A stretch of DNA of 64,000 nucleotides from an uncultured Thermoleophilia bacterium (GTDB taxonomy: Bacteria > Actinomycetota > Thermoleophilia > UBA2241), in contig CAVOVA010000007.1 of assembly GCA_963699725.1 (NCBI GenBank), positions 29,108-93,107 of the forward strand, read 5' to 3'. The translations under genes and the position numbers were made by a program. Positions 1 through 8,397 of the stretch are shown in pieces. The notes beneath the pieces are model-generated. The model was not told where the DNA came from. It did no database searches and was given only the letters and a program-made list of their open reading frames with translations. Position 1 is the first letter of the stretch, and each line of letters starts with the position of its first letter.

Positions 1-516
1 CTCGGTGGCGGCCAGATCGAGATCGCCGTCGTCGTCCAGATCGATCGCTTTGACGTCGATGGTCTCGGTGCCGACGACGATCGACCGCAGGAAGGTGAAC
101 CCGCCGGCGCCGTCGCCCTTCAGGACCGTGACCGTGTGCGATGCACGGTTGGCCACGGCGACGTCGAGCACGCCGTCGCCGGTCAGTTCGGCGACGTCGA
201 GCGAGTACGGGTTGTCACCGCCGGTCGCGAAGGAGGTCGCCGGCCCGAAGTGGCCGTCCCCGTCGCCCGCCAGCACCGAGATGCTGTCGTCATCGCCGTT
301 GGCGACCACGAGGTCCAGGTGCCCGTCGCCGGTGACGTCGATCGGCTCCGTCCAGGTGGGTCCAAGCCCCGCGCTGACCCCGTCCACGTAGAAGAGTGGC
401 GTCGTGGCGGCTCGCGCCGCTTCCGCGGACCACATCAACATCGCGATCGCGGCCAGCAAGACCACGATACCGGCGCCGGCCCACGGCCGCGTCCGTATGA
501 CAACCTGTGGATTCAT
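1..516 (-). CDS. FG-GAP/VCBS-repeat protein, N-terminal part (3' end lies beyond the window start)
   Basis: My own minus-strand translation from ATG 516-514 gives MNPQVVIRTRPWAGAGIVVLLAAIAMLMW (signal/anchor). It is followed by repeated TGDGxLDLVVAN and VLxGDGxGxF units typical of FG-GAP/VCBS repeats. The frame stays open to position 1. It is absent from the ORF track because there is no stop in the window. Confidence 0.6.
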   Translation of the reverse strand, partial: MNPQVVIRTRPWAGAGIVVLLAAIAMLMWSAEAARAATTPLFYVDGVSAGLGPTWTEPIDVTGDGHLDLVVANGDDDSISVLAGDGDGHFGPATSFATGGDNPYSLDVAELTGDGVLDVAVANRASHTVTVLKGDGAGGFTFLRSIVVGTETIDVKAIDLDDDGDLDLAATE

Positions 517-1038
517 CGTGCCCCCCGCTCCTCATGTCCCAATACTGCGTCGCCCGCACTTGCCCGCACGGTGACTGCATTGTCGCACAAACGGCGTGTC
601 TGGGCTGCGGTGCGCGTCGTCAGGGTGGACTACGCGCCGAGGCTCTCACCGTGCCCGAGGCACATCGCCCGCCTCCTGCTCGACGCCCTCGGGTTCACGG
701 GCGCGAGCCGCGGCGCGTTCACCACGGTCCATCTGGGGGCTGTGCGGTTGCAGCGCGAGCGGTTCACGGCAGACGCGGACCAGTTCATGCAGACGCTCAT
801 CGATGTGGGGCGGAGTATCGCAGCTCCGCTCCGCATGGACGGACCACGCTGGATCCGCGCAGCCCCGGACGTCCTCGACGGCCTCCCGGAGAGCGCCCGT
901 GGGGAACTCTCCCTGGACGACCCCCTACCGGGCCTGTACGAACTCGCACGCCTCGGGTGGCGCAAGGTCGATCGGTGCGCGGAGAAGGTCGTGAAGTCGC
1001 GCGGCGACACCGGGGGCCAGCGGGTCTGCGCGCCCGGC

Positions 1039-2634
1039 TCAGTCCCGGCCGGCGTAGTAGTGGTAGCGCTCTTCCCCACCACTCTGGTCGGCCACCGTGA
1101 TCACGCCGAGCCTCGGCGCCGGCAGGAGGGCCAGGAAGTCCCTGGCCTCTTCGAGGATCGGGCGCCGCGTCTTGTCCATGTTGACGAGCAGGAGGATCCC
1201 GTCCACGGACCTGGCCAGGGCGGTCGCGTCGCCGACCGGCATGAAGGCGGGCGAGTCGATGAGGACGTAGTCGAAGTTCATGGCCGCCAGCGATGCAATG
1301 AGGTCCTGGAACCGCTGCGACGCGACCATCTCACCCGGATTCGGCGGTATGGGGCCGGACGTCAACAGCCACAGGCGCGCTTTGTCGCCGTAGTTGTCGT
1401 CCGTCGGCTTGGGGCGGTCGCCGTTGCCGCCCATGCGCACCTTGGTGCTGCTGAGCGGCGTCACGCTCTGCAGGGAGTCCTCGAGCGTCGCGATGCCGGC
1501 GACCACCGACGACACGCCCCTGGCGTTGCGCACCGTGAACAGGGCATGGACCCGCGGCCGCCGCAGGTCGGCGTCGATGAGCACGACCTTCTTGCCCGAG
1601 AGCGCCAGAGACGTCGCCAGATTGGCGGTGACGAGGCTCTTGCCTTCGCCCTTCTGCGCGCTGACGATCATGAGGATGCGATTCTCCGCGCCCAGGCTCA
1701 CGAACTCGATGTTGCCGCGGAGGGCCCTCAAGGACTCCGCGGCCCGCCCTTCGGCTTCGGTGACCACCACCAGGGGGCCCTTCTGCATGCTCTCCCGGGA
1801 GATCGACGGGATGCGTCCCACGACCGGAAGGTTCATCATCTCGCCCACTTCCCGATAGCTGCGCAGGCGCGTATTGAGCTTCTCGCGAAGCACAGCGTAG
1901 CCGGCGCCCAGGACGAGCCCGAAGGCGCCTCCCATGATCGCCGACCGCATGGGCTGCGGCGCGTAGGGCGCGCCGGGCGGCGACGCGGGGATGGCGAACT
2001 CGAAGTTGCCCGTCGCCGTCGCCGAGAGGATCTCGAGGTCGCTGAGGCGCTCCTTCAATATGACGAAATCGGACGATGCCCGTTGCGCTTCGGTCTGGAA
2101 TTCCTTCAGCTTCTGGGAGATGACCTGCTGAGCGGCGGCGATACGATCGCGGTCTTTCTCCACGCGGTACTGCACGAACTGCTCGGCGTACAGGTTGGCC
2201 ACCTCCGCCGCCACCTGCGGATCGGGGGACGTGACCGAGATCGTGATCGTATTGCCGACGCCCGAGCTGGATTCGGCATCCGAGGAGCCGACCGAGGCGG
2301 ACGCCGAGTACGACGCATCCGCCGTCGCCTTCGGAAGCTCGAGCCGGACGCGCTTCGCGATCTCCGGCCCGCCGATCATGGTGATCGCACTCTGAAGCTG
2401 GAGTTCCTGACCGACCGTGTTGCCGTAGCCGGAGCCGCCGAACGGGTCGGTGATGTCCAGTTGCGGCTCGTACAGCAGCAGCGCGGAGGCCTCGTACATC
2501 GGCGTCTGGGAGGATGCGTACGCGTAGGCCGCCACGGCAAACGCCAACCCTAGTATGAGGATCACCAGGATGTGCCGGCGCAGCACGGCAACGTAAAGCC
2601 TGTAGTCGATACCTACGGTCTGGTCGGTCGCCAC
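1039..2634 (-). CDS. Polysaccharide co-polymerase / tyrosine autokinase (fused Wzz-like domain plus CpsD/CapB-type BY-kinase)
   Basis: An N-terminal TM segment and chain-length-determinant-like region are followed by a P-loop kinase (SAQKGEGKS, VLIDADLRRP, DYVLIDSPA) and a C-terminal Tyr cluster (ERYHYYAGRD). The start is placed at GTG 2634, preceded by GGGGGAG. The track ORF extends to 2700. Confidence 0.85.
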   Translation of the reverse strand: MATDQTVGIDYRLYVAVLRRHILVILILGLAFAVAAYAYASSQTPMYEASALLLYEPQLDITDPFGGSGYGNTVGQELQLQSAITMIGGPEIAKRVRLELPKATADASYSASASVGSSDAESSSGVGNTITISVTSPDPQVAAEVANLYAEQFVQYRVEKDRDRIAAAQQVISQKLKEFQTEAQRASSDFVILKERLSDLEILSATATGNFEFAIPASPPGAPYAPQPMRSAIMGGAFGLVLGAGYAVLREKLNTRLRSYREVGEMMNLPVVGRIPSISRESMQKGPLVVVTEAEGRAAESLRALRGNIEFVSLGAENRILMIVSAQKGEGKSLVTANLATSLALSGKKVVLIDADLRRPRVHALFTVRNARGVSSVVAGIATLEDSLQSVTPLSSTKVRMGGNGDRPKPTDDNYGDKARLWLLTSGPIPPNPGEMVASQRFQDLIASLAAMNFDYVLIDSPAFMPVGDATALARSVDGILLLVNMDKTRRPILEEARDFLALLPAPRLGVITVADQSGGEERYHYYAGRD

Positions 2635-2847
2635 TCTCTCCCCCGTCTTCCCGTCAATACTACTTCGGCACGTTGGCCCCGGCAATTGAGCCCCATGCAC
2701 ACCGTGGCCGGCCGGGGCGCCGGGTGGCAGCGACCTGTTGCCAACACTGGCTACGGCGGCGGCGTGCCTGCAGCCTGCGCAAACGATCCTGCACGCGCCT
2801 CGTGCTGTACACTGCCGCGTGAAGTGGGTGGTACCGAGGAGGTTTGC
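2635..2847. promoter_or_regulatory. Divergent intergenic region between the BY-kinase gene and the secreted glycoside hydrolase gene
   Basis: Promoters are inferred from gene geometry only. No specific promoter motif is asserted. Confidence 0.3.
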
Positions 2848-4260
2848 GTGCGCCGAGCGGGCTTGGCCGCCGCATTGTGTGTTCTCATCGTCGTGTCCGG
2901 CCTTGCGTACGCAGGCGCGGCGCAGGCGCGTGAAGGACCCCTCCTGCGCGGCATCTGCGACCCCGGGCTGCTCAGCTCATGGGAGCGCTCAGGACTCGGC
3001 GTGGTGCGCGAGTTCGACGAGCGCCTCGGCGCCGACGTCGTGCGCATCAACCTCGCGTGGAGCGTGGCCGAGCCGAGGCGCGGCGTGTACAACGCGGACT
3101 ACCTCGCCCGGGCGGCGGCCGCGGTGGGCGCCATCCGCGCCCGCGGCATGCGGGCGATCGTCCTCGTCTACCACACCCCCCGCTGGGCCTCCGACCGTAG
3201 CCTGTGGGCCCGCCCGGTGACGGGCGACCGGGCGGGCGTCTACCACTCCTACTACCCCCCCGCCGTAGCTGCGCTCGACGAGTTCGGCGCCTTCGCGCAA
3301 CATCTGTCGACGGTACTCGAGGGCCAGGTGCTCGGCTACTCCTGCTGGGTGGAGCCGAACCTGTGGACGTACCTGTACCCGCAGCGGACCTCCTCGGACT
3401 CCGCCTTCGCGGCGCATCGCTACACGCGGATGCTCAAAGCCTTCTCACAGGGCGTGCGTGCCGGCGACCCGACGGCCCAGGTGATCGCCGGTGAGACCAG
3501 CCCCACCGGCGACAACACGCGGCTGCGGACCAGCCCGCGGCGTTTCGCGCTACAGATGCGGCTTGCGGGGGCCGCGGAGCACTTCGATGTCTTCGCCCAC
3601 CACCCGTATCCGGTGGCGGGCAACAAGCGCATCGCGCCCGCCGCGATGCCGCGCAACCCCAGCCACACCGTGTGGCTCGCCAACCTCGGCTCGCTGCTCG
3701 GGGTCTTCCCCGACAAGCCGTTCTACCTCACCGAGTTCGCCTACGCCACGGCGCCGAGTCACCTGTTCGGCGTCTGGGTGAGCGACGCGCAGCAGGCCGC
3801 CTACCTCAACGCTGCGTTTCGCGTGGCCTCACGGTACGACCGCGTCCAGCTGCTCCTCTGGTTCCCGCGCAAGGATCACGCCGCCGGCGCCTCCTATCGT
3901 GACCCGTGGGGCAACTTCTCGGGCCTGCGCACGCTACGTGGAGTGCGCAAGCGCGCCTACTACGCCTATGCCGGCGGCAACCAGCTCACCCTGAAGGCTC
4001 CGCCTTCCGTGCGCAGAGGGGCTACGCTGACCCTGCGCGGGCGGCTCACCAGTGAACGCATGGGCGCGCTCGCCGGCAAGTCGCTCAACGTCGTGGCGCG
4101 CCGGCCCGGCAGGTCCTGGGTCCTCGTCACCCGCGCGCGCACGCGCAGCGACGGCTCCTACGTCGTCAGAGTGCGCCCGCGGGGCAGCGCCACCTGGAAG
4201 GTGAGCTGGTCGGGCGTCGTGGCCAGCCCCACCGACTGGGTGCCCGTCAAGGCCCGCTGA
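2848..4260 (+). CDS. Secreted clan GH-A (TIM-barrel) glycoside hydrolase-like protein with a C-terminal beta-sandwich domain
   Basis: GTG 2848 follows GGAGG. The signal peptide is RRAGLAAALCVLIVVSGLAYAGAAQA. An acid/base-like WVEPN motif and a nucleophile-like YLTEFAY motif are spaced as in GH5/GH39-type enzymes. The GH family is not assigned. Confidence 0.6.
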   Translation: MRRAGLAAALCVLIVVSGLAYAGAAQAREGPLLRGICDPGLLSSWERSGLGVVREFDERLGADVVRINLAWSVAEPRRGVYNADYLARAAAAVGAIRARGMRAIVLVYHTPRWASDRSLWARPVTGDRAGVYHSYYPPAVAALDEFGAFAQHLSTVLEGQVLGYSCWVEPNLWTYLYPQRTSSDSAFAAHRYTRMLKAFSQGVRAGDPTAQVIAGETSPTGDNTRLRTSPRRFALQMRLAGAAEHFDVFAHHPYPVAGNKRIAPAAMPRNPSHTVWLANLGSLLGVFPDKPFYLTEFAYATAPSHLFGVWVSDAQQAAYLNAAFRVASRYDRVQLLLWFPRKDHAAGASYRDPWGNFSGLRTLRGVRKRAYYAYAGGNQLTLKAPPSVRRGATLTLRGRLTSERMGALAGKSLNVVARRPGRSWVLVTRARTRSDGSYVVRVRPRGSATWKVSWSGVVASPTDWVPVKAR

Positions 4261-4266
4261 CCGGAC

Positions 4267-4288
4267 GCCGGCCGCCTCGCGCGCCGGC
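4267..4288. terminator. GC hairpin between convergent genes (GCCGGC-N10-GCCGGC)
   Basis: An inverted repeat is visible in the 28-nt gap between the stop at 4260 (+) and the stop at 4289 (-). There is no U-tract, so its function is inferred. Confidence 0.3.
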
Positions 4289-5317
4289 TCAGGCGCCGGG
4301 CGCGTCCGAGAGCTCGATCCGCTGCACGCCGCCGCAGTTGCGCAGCGACCGCTCGGCAGCCTCCAGCGAGGCGACCACCTGCAACCCCGCGAGCCCGTCG
4401 GTGATCGGGCGCTTGCCGGTGGTCACGCACTCGATGAAGTGGCTGGCCTCGGCGAACAGCGGCTCGACCGTGTCGAGCTTGGGGGCGACGATGTCGCCGG
4501 TGCGGTACGACAGGTGGAACTCGCCGAACGTCTCCGGGTCCTTGTAGTCCACGCCGTGGTCGAAGACCTTGACCTTCTCCACGCTCTCGGTGTCGTCGTA
4601 GAGCGCCATGCGCTGATCGCCGACGATGACCGTGCGGCGCAGCTTGACCGGCGAGAGCCAGGCGATGTCGATGTTGGCGATCACACCCGAGGGGAAGCGC
4701 AGGTTGACGAAGGCGACGTCGGGGATGTTGGGCACGATGCAGCCGCGGCCGGTGACGTAGACGGTCTCCGCGGCCTCGCCGAGCCAGTAGTACAGGATCG
4801 AGAGGTCGTGCGTCGCCAGGTCCCAGACCACGCTCACGTCCTTCTGATGCAAGCCCAGGTTGACGCGCGACGAGGTGATGAAGTGGATGTCGCCGAGGTG
4901 GCCGCGGTGGATGAGGTCGCCGAGCTTGCGCACCGGTGGGCTGAACACGAACGTGTGACCCACCATGAGGGTGAGCCCGGTGCGGTGAGCGAGGATCACG
5001 AGCTCCTCGGCGTCCGCCGTGGAGCTCGTCATCGGCTTCTCGACGAACACGTGCTTGCCGGCCTCGAGCGCCGTCTTGGCGAGCTCGAAGTGGGTGGAGA
5101 TCGGCGTGGCGATGACCACCGCGTCCACGGCGGCGTCGGCGAGAACCTCGTCGTAGCTCTGCGTGGTGGCCTGCGACGGGTTGCGGCGGCGCACCTTGTC
5201 GAGCGCCTCGGCGCGCGGGTCGCAGACCCACTTCACCGAGACACCCGGTACCTCCATGTAGTTGCGCAGGAGGTTGGGGCCCCAGTACCCGTGCCCGATG
5301 ATCGCTACAGTCGTCAT
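4289..5317 (-). CDS. Gfo/Idh/MocA-family NAD(P)-dependent sugar oxidoreductase (WbpB-like)
   Basis: It starts MTTVAIIGHGYWGPNLLRNY (Rossmann GxGxxG), with EKP at FVEKPM and the family-typical length of 342 aa. The 809-aa track ORF is an upstream open-frame artefact. ATG at 5317 was verified in the sequence. Confidence 0.85.
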   Translation of the reverse strand: MTTVAIIGHGYWGPNLLRNYMEVPGVSVKWVCDPRAEALDKVRRRNPSQATTQSYDEVLADAAVDAVVIATPISTHFELAKTALEAGKHVFVEKPMTSSTADAEELVILAHRTGLTLMVGHTFVFSPPVRKLGDLIHRGHLGDIHFITSSRVNLGLHQKDVSVVWDLATHDLSILYYWLGEAAETVYVTGRGCIVPNIPDVAFVNLRFPSGVIANIDIAWLSPVKLRRTVIVGDQRMALYDDTESVEKVKVFDHGVDYKDPETFGEFHLSYRTGDIVAPKLDTVEPLFAEASHFIECVTTGKRPITDGLAGLQVVASLEAAERSLRNCGGVQRIELSDAPGA

Positions 5318-5337
5318 GCTGCCCCCGCGGGTCGTGC

Positions 5338-6864
5338 TCACGCGGCTCCGTGGCCCAGCAGCGCCGCCGGCACCGTGCGCAGGCACAGCGAAGCGTCCAC
5401 CAGACTGTCGCGTGAACAGTCGTACAGAATGTCCTGGAACACCATGTCGTCGAAGCTGACGCGGCTCCGCCCGTCCACCTGCCACACACCGGTGATGCCG
5501 GGCTTCACCTCCAGCCGACGACGGTGCCAGGGCTGGTAGGCGGCGACCTCGTAGGGAAGCGGGGGCCGTGGCCCCACGAGGCTCATATCGCCGATGAACA
5601 CGTTCCAGAGCTGCGGCAGCTCGTCGAGCGAGTAGCGCCGCAGCAGGCGACCGACGCCCGTGATGCGCGGGTCGTCGACCAGCTTGAAGACTTCCTCTTC
5701 CTCGCCGTCGACCGATTGCGTGCTGGTCTCCGCCTCGCCGTTGATGAGCGCGTGCATGTAGTCGCAGTGCGCCGACGTGTCGGCGCCGTTCTGCATGGTC
5801 CGGAACTTGTAGAACTTGAAGGCCCGGCCGTCGAGGCCGATACGCTCCTGGGCGTAGAGCACCGGGCCGCGAGACGTGATCTTGACCGCTACGGCGATAG
5901 CCAGCATCAGCGGGGAGAGCACGAGCAGCGCGCCGGCTGAGACGACGATGTCGAAGGTGCGCTTGACCGGAGCTCGGCGGTGCCCGCCCGGGCTGCGGTG
6001 CGTGCGCACCACCGGCGCCTCGAAGAGGTCGACCAGCAGGCGCCGGCCGGTCAGCGGGCGCAGGCGGTTCGAGACGACGTACACCGAGGCTCCGGAGCGC
6101 TGGCCGGCGGTGATGAGGTCGAGCGTCTGGGTGAGCGTGAGACTGCCGGCGTCGATGAAGAGCGCGCCGAAAGCCGGGCGGCCGGCATCCGTGCGCTTGC
6201 GCAGGTGCTCGTTGACGCTCGCGACCACTCGCTGATCCCTGCCGCCATCGACGAGGGTCATGCGGTTGAAGCCCTTGAGCATCGTGAGGCGTTCGCGCAG
6301 CGGTTCGGTACGGTACGGCCAGCCGACGACCAGGGTGCGGCCCATGTCTTCCCTGAACCGCCGGCCCAGGACGCGCGTAAGCACCACGGTGCGCACCAGT
6401 GCAGCGAAGAGGAAGAAGAGGGTGAACGTGCCGACGACGGTGATACGGGACTGAAACCCGATGGGCAGGTGCAGCAGGTACACGACCAGGGCGCTGATGG
6501 CGGCCGACCAGAGCATGGCCTTGGCCAGCGTGAGCAGGTGCAGAGCGCGCAGCGAGAGCAATTCGCGTTGGTACAGACCCATGGCCCAGAAGACGATGAA
6601 GGTGATCGCCAGCGGCACCAGCATGGACCAGTTGGGAGTAGAGGCCACTGCCCCGTTGGGCCCGATGACCTCGCCGCGGACCATCAGGGCGAGCCCGTAG
6701 GCGATGAGTCCGAAGCACAGGTCGGTGAAGAGGTACCAGCGTGCCGGGTGGAGGCGCGCGGGCACGGCGGACGCGGCTTCGCGCCCGACCGCAACGAGGC
6801 GACGTTCGACGACGGCGGCGTCAAACGATTGCTCCTGCCCGCTCGGCACCCTCATCGCCGTCAT
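5338..6864 (-). CDS. Polyprenyl-phosphate hexose-1-phosphate transferase (WbaP/EpsB-type initiating sugar transferase)
   Basis: It has N-terminal TM helices and a C-terminal bacterial sugar transferase domain (KRTFDIVVS...KFRTM...DELPQLWNV..GDMSLVGPRP...KPGITGVWQV). Confidence 0.85.
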   Translation of the reverse strand: MTAMRVPSGQEQSFDAAVVERRLVAVGREAASAVPARLHPARWYLFTDLCFGLIAYGLALMVRGEVIGPNGAVASTPNWSMLVPLAITFIVFWAMGLYQRELLSLRALHLLTLAKAMLWSAAISALVVYLLHLPIGFQSRITVVGTFTLFFLFAALVRTVVLTRVLGRRFREDMGRTLVVGWPYRTEPLRERLTMLKGFNRMTLVDGGRDQRVVASVNEHLRKRTDAGRPAFGALFIDAGSLTLTQTLDLITAGQRSGASVYVVSNRLRPLTGRRLLVDLFEAPVVRTHRSPGGHRRAPVKRTFDIVVSAGALLVLSPLMLAIAVAVKITSRGPVLYAQERIGLDGRAFKFYKFRTMQNGADTSAHCDYMHALINGEAETSTQSVDGEEEEVFKLVDDPRITGVGRLLRRYSLDELPQLWNVFIGDMSLVGPRPPLPYEVAAYQPWHRRRLEVKPGITGVWQVDGRSRVSFDDMVFQDILYDCSRDSLVDASLCLRTVPAALLGHGAA

Positions 6865-6907
6865 GGCTCGACCCCCCCTCTTCGCTCGTCAGCATCCCGG
6901 CGCCAGG

Positions 6908-8011
6908 TCAGGCAAGTGCCTGCTCCAGCGTCGCGACGACGTAGTTTCTTTGTGCTTGATCGATCTCCGGATACATGGGGAGCGACAAGATGCGCTCTGC
7001 CCGGCGTTCCGCGATCGGGAAGTCGCCCACGCCATAGCCCAGCCCCTGGTAGGCGGGCTGCACGTGCAACGGTACCGGGTAGTGTATCCCGGATTCGACG
7101 CCCCGCTCTCCGAGTCGCTGGCGCACCCCGTCCCTGTCGTCGACCATCACCACGTACAGGTGGTAGACGGCCTCGCTTGCCTCACTCCTATCCGTCACCC
7201 ACACCCCGTGCCTTCCCACCAGCGCCGCATCGTAGTCCGTCGCCGCGAGGCGCCGCGCCTGGTTCCACGCCGCCAGGTGCGGCAGCTTGACCAGCAGCAG
7301 AGCGGCCTGCAGATTGTGCAGGCGGTCGCAGTGGCCGACCACCCGGTGCGTGTACTTGTCCTCCTGCCCGTGGTTGCGGTACAGGCGCACCGTCTCGGCG
7401 GCCGCGGGGTCGCTCGTGGTGACGGCGCCGCCGTCGCCCAGCGCCCCGAGGTTCTTGCCCGGATAGAAGCTGAACGCGGCGGTTTGGCCCATCGAACCTG
7501 CCGGCCGGCCCTTGTAGGTGGCGCCGTGCGCCTGGCAGGCGTCTTCGACGACCGCCAGGCCGTGAGCCGTGGCGACCTCGGCGAGCGCGTCCATGTCCAC
7601 AGGCTGCCCGTACAGGTGCACGGGCACGACCGCGGTGGTGCGCGGCGTGACCGCGGGCCCGACGGCAGCGGTGTCCATGAGACCGTTGCTCTCGAGGCAG
7701 TCCACGAAGACCGGCGTGGCGCCGACGTGGCTCACGGCCTCGGCGGTGGCGATGAAGGTGTTGGCCGGCACGATGACCTCGTCGCCGGGACGCACTCCGG
7801 CGGCGATCAGCGCGAGCTTGACGGCGTCGGTACCCGAGCTCACCCCGACCGCGTGGCTGCAGCCGCAGAAGGCCGCGAAGGCCTCTTCGAACTGCGTGAG
7901 TTCGGGGCCCATGGTGTAGGCGGCGCGCTCGGTGATGGAGCGGAAGGCGGCGTCGAACTCGGCCCGCAACTCAACGGCCTGTTTCTTGAGGTCGACGAAC
8001 GGCACGTGCAT
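6908..8011 (-). CDS. DegT/DnrJ/EryC1/StrS-family PLP-dependent sugar aminotransferase (WbpE-like)
   Basis: MHVPFVDLKKQ...GCSHAVGVSSGTDAVKLAL...SFYPGKNLGALGDGGAV are signatures of the sugar aminotransferase family. ATG 8011 is preferred over the track start at 8062. Confidence 0.85.
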   Translation of the reverse strand: MHVPFVDLKKQAVELRAEFDAAFRSITERAAYTMGPELTQFEEAFAAFCGCSHAVGVSSGTDAVKLALIAAGVRPGDEVIVPANTFIATAEAVSHVGATPVFVDCLESNGLMDTAAVGPAVTPRTTAVVPVHLYGQPVDMDALAEVATAHGLAVVEDACQAHGATYKGRPAGSMGQTAAFSFYPGKNLGALGDGGAVTTSDPAAAETVRLYRNHGQEDKYTHRVVGHCDRLHNLQAALLLVKLPHLAAWNQARRLAATDYDAALVGRHGVWVTDRSEASEAVYHLYVVMVDDRDGVRQRLGERGVESGIHYPVPLHVQPAYQGLGYGVGDFPIAERRAERILSLPMYPEIDQAQRNYVVATLEQALA

Positions 8012-8397
8012 GGTCGCCAGTCCGTCGCCCCGGTGCTCGGTAGTGGCGCCCGCAAAGCCCACTTCATGCCCCCGGAATGGCTGGTCTACGCGCCCAAGAC
8101 TACCCCCCCATGAAGACGGCTAAAAGGGGTAGATGCGCCTATGAGTTGCCACCGTTGACGACGTTGGCCGTCCAATTCGTCACCGCAGCACCCTCCTTCG
8201 AGGCTGAGCGGGACGCGCGACGTCGTTTCGAGCCTGCGGGCACTCAAGCGTAGCCAGAAATGGCAACAGTAGCGCGTGCACTGCCAGCGCATCCGCGTCC
8301 CCGATGCGCGGCGCGCAAGAGCCGGACGACAGGGTCGCGGTGTTCCCCGGGATGCCGCGCGCCAGAGCAGGCGACGCGACGGCCTTCACCCCTCGAT

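Noticed and set aside
136-2553. An 805-aa plus-strand ORF, the largest at the left end of the track.
   Set aside because: From about 1040 onward it is exactly antisense to the well-supported BY-kinase gene. It is rich in Arg, Gly, Ala, Pro, Glu and Asp with no recognisable motifs, which is typical of a high-GC shadow ORF. Only its 600-1040 portion looks coding, and that is reported separately as a low-interest finding.
4289-6718. An 809-aa minus-strand ORF that might be a large fusion protein.
   Set aside because: Only the last 342 codons (from ATG 5317) look like a protein, namely the Gfo/Idh/MocA enzyme. The upstream part is an out-of-frame read-through across the real WbaP-type gene (5338-6864) and is Arg/Pro/Ala-rich.
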